From: Spirochaetota bacterium
GTDB taxonomy: Bacteria; Spirochaetota; UBA4802; UBA5550
Direction of reading: 5' to 3'
DNA length: 64,000 nucleotides
Assembly: GCA_963664815.2 (NCBI GenBank)
Contig: CAXXHB010000003.1
Span: 2,400,001-2,464,000 of the forward strand
The position numbers and the translations under genes are program-made. Of the stretch, positions 57,629 through 64,000 are shown piece after piece (the first letter of the stretch is position 1; each line of letters begins with the position of its first letter). The notes under the pieces were generated by a model. That model was not told the DNA's origin, did not search any database, and saw only the letters and a list, made by a program, of their open reading frames with translations.

Positions 57629-59689
57629 ATGGAATCCCTCCGGATGAGTCTTCTTCACAGCAAACTTCCAAGACTTAAATTCAGTCATGTACTATATGGA
57701 TTCGGGGATGAACTTGAAAAATCATACTTTAATGATTTTTACATGTCATCACTTTCTATTGTAAGAATAGCCCTGCTGCTTGGCATTGCACTCTATTCAT
57801 TGTTCGGTTTTCTCGATTTATGGATTGTACCTTTACATAAAACTGCAGTATGGGTTATCCGATATGCAATAGTATGCCCGGCGCTTATCATAGTTCTTGT
57901 TATTTCATTTACAGTCTGGTTCAAAAAGTACATGCAGTTTTTTCTCTCAATTGTCGGTTTCATGGCTGGTGTCGGAATTGTTTCAATGGTGGGGATATCG
58001 GTTGAAAATGAACTCGGCTTCAAGTTCTACTACGCAGGACTTATGCTGGTGCTCATGTGGGTATATACCCTTGTGCGTCTGCAGTTTAAATATGCTACAA
58101 CGATAAGCTGGCTTATAACGGTATCATACGAGATTAATGCAATATACGTAAACAGGCTGCTTGAAACTCCGGAAAACTTTATCGTCTTTATTAATAACAA
58201 TTTCTTTTTTATCGGCGCTAATATTATTGGTATGTTTGCATGCTTCACAATTGAATGGTATATGAGGAAAAACTTCCTTCTTCGGGAGGAGATCGCCAAG
58301 GCATATAATCTCAACCGCAAATACCTTACAACAATAAAGGAAGGGCTGCTGCTTATCGATGAAAACTATATGATCATGAACCAGTATTCCGAATTCCTTA
58401 CCGGCATGTTTGAAAGAAGTGATTTCCACGATATAAGCTTCATTGAACTGATATACCCGGACATCGATTCCCATGCCGATGAACGCATGGAGCTTGACAG
58501 GTTCCTGAATTTTCTCTTTCACAATAAGACCGCCGATCTTGAAATGATTATGGAGCTTAATCCTTTCAGGAATAAAAAAATCCTCATCAGAAAAAACGGC
58601 AGCGTCATCAGAGAAATAACAGTTAACGCAGATTTTATAAAGATACATGATAAAGAAACAGTGGAATTTCTCATGGTGATATTTGAAGACATTACAGATA
58701 TACTTAATTTCGAGAAACAGCTGCAGGATCAGAAAACAAAATACCAGCAGGAGATTGAATCCATTTCTGCAATAATTAAATCCGGCCCTGCGCTGTTTCT
58801 CAATTTCCTTGATGAATCCATAGTAATGCTGAATGAAATCCGGTCAAATATCATGAATCTTAATGATATAAAAAAACTGAATCACGTATTCCGCCAGGCG
58901 CATTCACTCAAAGGATCGGCAAAACATCTTGAACTGAACCACATATCCACTCTTTCCCACAGAATTGAAGATATCCTCATTGGTATAAGAGATAACCCCG
59001 ATGATGTACCGGAGAACTGCAATACACTGATAGAAGAGCTTGTTTCCGATCTTTACAGGGAATTTGATAACCTCAACAGCATGATTGAGAAGCTTAAAGG
59101 TTTTTCAATCATAAGAAATGTTTCAACAATGATGGAAAAGAAAAATTTTCTTGATGAATTTCTGAACTCGCTCCCCTCAATGACAGAATCTATTGCAAGG
59201 GAGCTCGGTAAAAATATAAAACTTGAAATTCAGAATGAACTTGAAGAGATTCCTTTCCTTTCAAAAATTAAAAACCCGGTTATTCACCTGCTCAGGAATT
59301 CAATCGATCACGGTATTGAAGACCAGTATGAAAGATTGACAAAAGGTAAGGATATCACGGGGAGTATAAATCTGAAGCTTTACAAAACAGGAAACCTTTA
59401 CAACATCGAAATACAGGATGACGGATCAGGTGTGAATTTTGAAAGTATACGTAAAAAGGCCATTGAAAAAAACCTGATAGCAGACAACAATGAATCAATT
59501 TCAAGAAGCAAACTGCTTAAACTCATTTTTACACCGGGATTCAGCTCCAAGGAGAAAATCTCTGAACTTTCAGGGCGCGGTTACGGGCTTGATATTGTCA
59601 AAGATGCGGCTGAACAACTTAAAGGAAAAATAATATTCTATACAAAGCAGGACAGGGGAACAAGAATCAGGATAGTTTTACCATGTTGA
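57629..59689 (+). CDS. membrane-bound CheA-like histidine kinase lacking a CheW domain (class III HK-like)
   Basis: About 6 TM, PAS-like linker, HPt HSLKG, HLLRNSIDHG, DDGSG, IFTPGFSS, SGRGYGLDIV; ends directly after the ATPase domain. Confidence 0.85.
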   Translation: MESLRMSLLHSKLPRLKFSHVLYGFGDELEKSYFNDFYMSSLSIVRIALLLGIALYSLFGFLDLWIVPLHKTAVWVIRYAIVCPALIIVLVISFTVWFKKYMQFFLSIVGFMAGVGIVSMVGISVENELGFKFYYAGLMLVLMWVYTLVRLQFKYATTISWLITVSYEINAIYVNRLLETPENFIVFINNNFFFIGANIIGMFACFTIEWYMRKNFLLREEIAKAYNLNRKYLTTIKEGLLLIDENYMIMNQYSEFLTGMFERSDFHDISFIELIYPDIDSHADERMELDRFLNFLFHNKTADLEMIMELNPFRNKKILIRKNGSVIREITVNADFIKIHDKETVEFLMVIFEDITDILNFEKQLQDQKTKYQQEIESISAIIKSGPALFLNFLDESIVMLNEIRSNIMNLNDIKKLNHVFRQAHSLKGSAKHLELNHISTLSHRIEDILIGIRDNPDDVPENCNTLIEELVSDLYREFDNLNSMIEKLKGFSIIRNVSTMMEKKNFLDEFLNSLPSMTESIARELGKNIKLEIQNELEEIPFLSKIKNPVIHLLRNSIDHGIEDQYERLTKGKDITGSINLKLYKTGNLYNIEIQDDGSGVNFESIRKKAIEKNLIADNNESISRSKLLKLIFTPGFSSKEKISELSGRGYGLDIVKDAAEQLKGKIIFYTKQDRGTRIRIVLPC

Positions 59690-59978
59690 TTTTTTTACTT
59701 TTAAATCATGGCAGTATTAATATTATATAAATTAATTTTAATTATATTTGACAAATAAATTCATTCTGTATAATAATGTGACATAATTATATTTTGATAA
59801 AACTATATGATTGTTAAAAGCATCATATATTATAACAATTTTATTTCCATTTAAATTTTATCTGAAATTATGATTCATAGTTAAGGTTATGATAGAAAGT
59901 AATACTTTCTGATAAAATAAAATTAAAACCGTTTTCAATCAATCTTAATTATTCTTTTTTACTGAAAGAGGTATATAT

Positions 59979-60779
59979 ATGGCTAAAAAGCCTGAATCAT
60001 CAACTGTTATAGGTATTGGGTCAGGTTTTGGGATTCTGATCTTCGGATTCCTTCTTGAAGGCGGAAACCCTAAAGCGCTCGTAGGAATCAGTGCCCTGAT
60101 TATCATTCTTGGAGGTACATTCGGGGCTTTAACAGCTTCATTTAATCTTAAAACCGTATTAAGCATACCAAAATTATTCTCTCTCTCCATGCTTGCTCCG
60201 GAGGGACCTGATGCAGATATAGTACTTGAAATTATCTCATTTGCAGAGAAGGCCAGACGTGAAGGTCTCCTTTCTCTCGAAGATGAGGTCGACAAGCTTG
60301 ATAACCCCTTTATGCAGAAGGGTGTGCGAATGATGGTCGATGGCGTCGATCCTGAGGCTATAAGAAGCATTCTTGAAAAAGAGATAGAGCTGTTTGAGGA
60401 GAACAGGAAACATGAAGCCTCTGTATTTGAAGCTGCCGGCGGATTCTCTCCTACTATGGGAATTATCGGAACAGTTATGGGACTTGTTCTGGTTCTCGCA
60501 AACCTGGGTGGAAATGCCGCTGAACTGGGACACTCCATTGCGACAGCGTTTATTGCTACTCTTTACGGTATCGGTTTTGCCAACGTTGTATGGCTTCCTG
60601 TAGGTCTGAAGTTGAAACTGAAATTAAAAGAGGAAGTCAAACGGATGGAACTGATCATGATAGGTATTCTGGCTATACAGGCCGGTGATAACCCCACCCT
60701 TATAAAAGAACGTCTTGTTTCATACCTTGATGAAGATGATGCCAAAACTCTTTACAACGCCAAGGGTGAGGGTGAATAA
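59979..60779 (+). CDS. motA: flagellar stator subunit MotA
   Basis: GGTFG, ARREGLLSLE, P-x-MGIIGTVMGL, AFIATLYG...AN...P. Confidence 0.95.
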   Translation: MAKKPESSTVIGIGSGFGILIFGFLLEGGNPKALVGISALIIILGGTFGALTASFNLKTVLSIPKLFSLSMLAPEGPDADIVLEIISFAEKARREGLLSLEDEVDKLDNPFMQKGVRMMVDGVDPEAIRSILEKEIELFEENRKHEASVFEAAGGFSPTMGIIGTVMGLVLVLANLGGNAAELGHSIATAFIATLYGIGFANVVWLPVGLKLKLKLKEEVKRMELIMIGILAIQAGDNPTLIKERLVSYLDEDDAKTLYNAKGEGE

Positions 60780-60803
60780 TTTAATTCCTGAAAGAGGATA
60801 ACC

Positions 60804-61610
60804 ATGGCAAAAAAGAAGCATGAAGCTGAAAAGGAAAACTCGGAACGGTGGCTGCTTACATACTCGGATATGATAACACTGTTAATGCTTTTCTTTATAG
60901 TTCTTTATTCAATGAGTAATGTCGATGCAGCAAAGTACAAAGAAGTCGCCAGCGCTCTGCAATCTGTTTTTTCCGGCGGAAACTTCGGGATGTTTCCTTC
61001 GTCGGGCAACATCCCGGAAAGGGGTTTTGATAACTTTGGCGGGAAACAGTCTATCGGCAGCAATTTCCCCTATTCAACACGCAGTCATGGCTACACCCGC
61101 GTTCTGAAGCAGATCAACGAGGTTTTTAAACCTGAGGTAGCCGCAAAGTATTTACGCACTACACTTGACGAAAGAGGACTGGTTATAACCCTTGCAAGTG
61201 ATGTGTTTTTCGACAGCGGAAGCGCAAAATTAAAAAGCGAGGCTCAGCCGGTTCTCGCCAAACTGTCCCGGATAATAAACGAAGTGCCAAATTTTGTGAG
61301 GGTTGAGGGTCATACGGATAACGGAACCCCATCCATCCCCACAAAAGAGGAGAGATTTGAAAGCAACTGGGATCTTTCAGCTGCCAGAAGTATTAATGTC
61401 ATTAAATACCTTGTGAAAGAAAACAATGTAGAACCAAAAAAGCTTTCAGCTGTTGCTTTCGGCGAAACCAGACCCATTGACGACAACAATACGCCAGAAG
61501 GACGCGCTTATAACAGAAGAGTTGATATAGTATTATTAAAAGAAAAAATACTTTCTCCGGGTGATGACAAAAATATTGAACGCCCTCTGCCGGATGAAGA
61601 ATGGAGATAA
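60804..61610 (+). CDS. motB: flagellar stator subunit MotB
   Basis: WLLTYSDMITLL (conserved Asp), OmpA-like domain VEGHTD, NWDLSAAR, NRRVDI. Confidence 0.95.
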   Translation: MAKKKHEAEKENSERWLLTYSDMITLLMLFFIVLYSMSNVDAAKYKEVASALQSVFSGGNFGMFPSSGNIPERGFDNFGGKQSIGSNFPYSTRSHGYTRVLKQINEVFKPEVAAKYLRTTLDERGLVITLASDVFFDSGSAKLKSEAQPVLAKLSRIINEVPNFVRVEGHTDNGTPSIPTKEERFESNWDLSAARSINVIKYLVKENNVEPKKLSAVAFGETRPIDDNNTPEGRAYNRRVDIVLLKEKILSPGDDKNIERPLPDEEWR

Positions 61611-61692
61611 TTTTTTATTATTATGTAATATGATTGAATATTAGTATATTTTACTGTATATTGAATTATACTAAGGATTGCGTAATTAAATT

Positions 61693-62847
61693 ATGAATAT
61701 TTTATATGCAACATGGCTTGAGTTTATGTTCGGGGAAGGCACACAGTGGCCTGTGCCGACATCAAAAGATTATACCACCCTCGTAATTTTTATAGTTATT
61801 TCAATCGCTTTTTTTGTCTATCTTAAACTTTATTATTCCGCCAGACTTAAGAAAATTCATGAAGACCAGTTATTCCTCTTTAAAGCAAGGCAGAAGGGTC
61901 TCACAGACTACCAGTCAAAAATGGTACAGGGAATGGTTAAAATAACCGGCCTGAAAGAACCTGTTCTCCTGCTTACCGAGGAATACAGGTTTGAAAATTC
62001 TATTGGACGCTTTCTTACATATATCAGCAGCAGAAATGAAACACAGGAAACACTTCTGTCAATATGCCATGATATCATAATTACTTATGAAAAAATATTT
62101 CATTACTCCTCGTTTAAAAAGCCCCTGACAAATATATCTGAAGTTGAATTGAATATTCTCGTTTTCTTTTTCACCGATTCCGGCATACCATACATCGGCA
62201 AACTTAGAAAAGTAAATCCGGATATAATTGTTCTGAAACTATTCCGCAGCGGGACAAAAGCTCTTAAGCTTGAAGGAAAACCGGTTACAGTATATTTATG
62301 GCGTTCCGGTGATGCGGAATATACTTTTACCAGTTCCATAAAAAAAATTGAAAAAGACTCAGTTGAAATTATTACACCCCCGGTTATTACCAGGGGTAAA
62401 GAGGCAAGGCATCCTTATATTAATGTCTTTATACCATGCAATATAATCGATGAAAATCCTCCGGAAAAGAATGAATTTTTAAATACTCTTTCGACACCGA
62501 ATACTACAGCTGAAATTACCGATGAATATATAGACCGGATCTTAGCCGAAGAAAAAACAGGCATTGTGGAACAAAATGCAGTAAAAACCGAATTAATTGA
62601 AGCAGATATTATTAAAATAAATGAAGCCGAAGCTATAATAAGATCAGAAAGCCAGATAAGCTTTAATACTCAATATGTTCTGGAATTTACAATAGATGAT
62701 TTTCATTTCAGAATCAAAGCAACACCTGTTTCTGATAAAATTATTAAAAGAGAATCAATTTATAACTATACATTCAGGTATAACGAAATCTCCGACAATG
62801 CCCTTATGGTACTCAGTAATCATATTGCCGAAAAAGTACACAGGTAA
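61693..62847 (+). CDS. membrane-anchored YcgR/PilZ-like protein (degenerate motifs)
   Basis: N-terminal TM, W-R-x-GDA-x-Y-x-F-x-S segment recalled from spirochaete flagellar-brake-like proteins, C-terminal beta domain; RxxxR and DxSxxG not intact. Confidence 0.55.
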   Translation: MNILYATWLEFMFGEGTQWPVPTSKDYTTLVIFIVISIAFFVYLKLYYSARLKKIHEDQLFLFKARQKGLTDYQSKMVQGMVKITGLKEPVLLLTEEYRFENSIGRFLTYISSRNETQETLLSICHDIIITYEKIFHYSSFKKPLTNISEVELNILVFFFTDSGIPYIGKLRKVNPDIIVLKLFRSGTKALKLEGKPVTVYLWRSGDAEYTFTSSIKKIEKDSVEIITPPVITRGKEARHPYINVFIPCNIIDENPPEKNEFLNTLSTPNTTAEITDEYIDRILAEEKTGIVEQNAVKTELIEADIIKINEAEAIIRSESQISFNTQYVLEFTIDDFHFRIKATPVSDKIIKRESIYNYTFRYNEISDNALMVLSNHIAEKVHR

Positions 62848-62873
62848 CTTAATTCATCCTTCGATGTGCTTTG

Positions 62874-64000
62874 CTATTTCCACTCCATAATCATTTTGAC
62901 AATCAGTCTCAGGCCGAAGCCGGTTGCATTCTTCGGCCTGTATCCACGTGCCTTGGAGTAGAAAGCAGTGCCGGCTATATCTATATGCGCCCATGGAGTC
63001 TTTTCCACGAAGTTCCGGAGAAATACCGCCCCTGCAATTGACCCCGCGTTCTTCTCCGACGACATGTTATTCAAATCCGCAACATCTGACTTCATCCTGT
63101 CGTCATAGTCATCAAAGAAAGGCAGCCTCCATATCTTTTCACCTGTTTTTGCCGATGCAGTTTCAAGCGCCGATGCAACAGAATCATCTGTAGAAAGATA
63201 CGCTGCTACAGTCTCTCCGAATGTAACAACGCATGCGCCTGTCAGAGTTGCCAGATCAACTATCACATCAGGTTTTATCTCTTTCTCCATGTATGCCAGC
63301 GCATCTGCAAGAATCAGCCTACCCTCCGCATCGGTGTTGCCAATCTCAACCGTTTTTCCGTTGTACCCTGTGAAGATATCTCCCGGCCTGAATGCATTGC
63401 TGCTCAGCATATTTTCAGTAAGAGGAATTACAGCTGTTACATTCTTTTTTACTTTAAGTTCAGCAAGGGATTTCATCGTATGCAATACCGTTGCCGCTCC
63501 GGCCATATCACATCTCATCGTCTCCATTGAAGCAGGTGGCTTCAGATCCATTCCGCCCGAGTCGAATGTAATTCCTTTCCCGATAATACCGATAGTTTTT
63601 TTATCATCATGATTTCCCTTATATTCCAGGACTACAACCCTCGGCGGGACAACGCTCCCCCTGTTTACAGCAAGCAGCAGACCCATTTTCTTTTTTTCTA
63701 TATCTTTCTTTTCCAGAACCGTGCATTTTAATCCAGAAGCTTCAGCAATAGACTCTGCAATTTCCGCAAATGTAACCGGATTAACTGCATCTGTGGTATC
63801 ATTTACCAGGTCACGGCACATCATTGTATTCCCGGCGATAATCTCAATATCCCTTATTACAGATGAATCTTCTTTAGAAGATGTATAAAAATCGATCCCT
63901 TCGATCGTCACTTCAGCATCTTTATCTGATTTATATTTATTAAAAGTATAATTTGACAACATGGCTCCTTCAGCGAATAATTCGAGCAGTTCACGATTAA
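62874..64000 (-). CDS. pepA: leucyl aminopeptidase (M17), 5' end beyond the window
   Basis: GKGITFDSGG, DMAGAA, NTDAEGRLILAD, ATLTGA, WAHIDIAG; frame open to the window edge. Confidence 0.95.
   Translation of the reverse strand, partial: NRELLELFAEGAMLSNYTFNKYKSDKDAEVTIEGIDFYTSSKEDSSVIRDIEIIAGNTMMCRDLVNDTTDAVNPVTFAEIAESIAEASGLKCTVLEKKDIEKKKMGLLLAVNRGSVVPPRVVVLEYKGNHDDKKTIGIIGKGITFDSGGMDLKPPASMETMRCDMAGAATVLHTMKSLAELKVKKNVTAVIPLTENMLSSNAFRPGDIFTGYNGKTVEIGNTDAEGRLILADALAYMEKEIKPDVIVDLATLTGACVVTFGETVAAYLSTDDSVASALETASAKTGEKIWRLPFFDDYDDRMKSDVADLNNMSSEKNAGSIAGAVFLRNFVEKTPWAHIDIAGTAFYSKARGYRPKNATGFGLRLIVKMIMEWK

Overview
AT-rich bacterial chromosome segment from an anaerobe. CheX, a TP0789-like lipoprotein-sorting cassette and a membrane-anchored PilZ-like protein suggest a spirochaete, but this is inference. 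I saw no rRNA, tRNA, CRISPR array, integrase or transposase. Main blocks: (1) yefM-yoeB toxin-antitoxin pair with a perfect 34-bp operator palindrome; (2) an Nramp-type Mg2+ transporter (NRMT-like) operon with a CBS/MgtE-N partner, preceded by an unannotated MgtL-like leader ORF (MPDPDSS...FFR); (3) a secreted protein with 16 TPR repeats of 42 aa; (4) acetyl-CoA hydrolase/transferase and thiolase; (5) a ~16-kb minus-strand cluster around a Mop-type molybdenum aldehyde oxidoreductase, which carries Moco maturation genes plus a Tes/GDGT-MAS(MJ0619)-like radical SAM enzyme, a CoA ligase, a methyltransferase, a C-GCAxxG-C-C protein, a GltD/CCG oxidoreductase and small Cys proteins, and is the best candidate for an uncharacterised system; (6) an IclR-linked FrhB-like/IorAB/GlcDF operon; (7) a small basic protein with an HMG-box-like segment; (8) a TetR-controlled Lol-like ABC cassette with a perfect 51-bp triple-operator palindrome; (9) CheY, CheX and a membrane-bound CheA-like kinase without a CheW domain, followed by motAB and a degenerate PilZ-like protein; (10) partial pepA. 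Family names come from motif recognition and recall, not from database searches.
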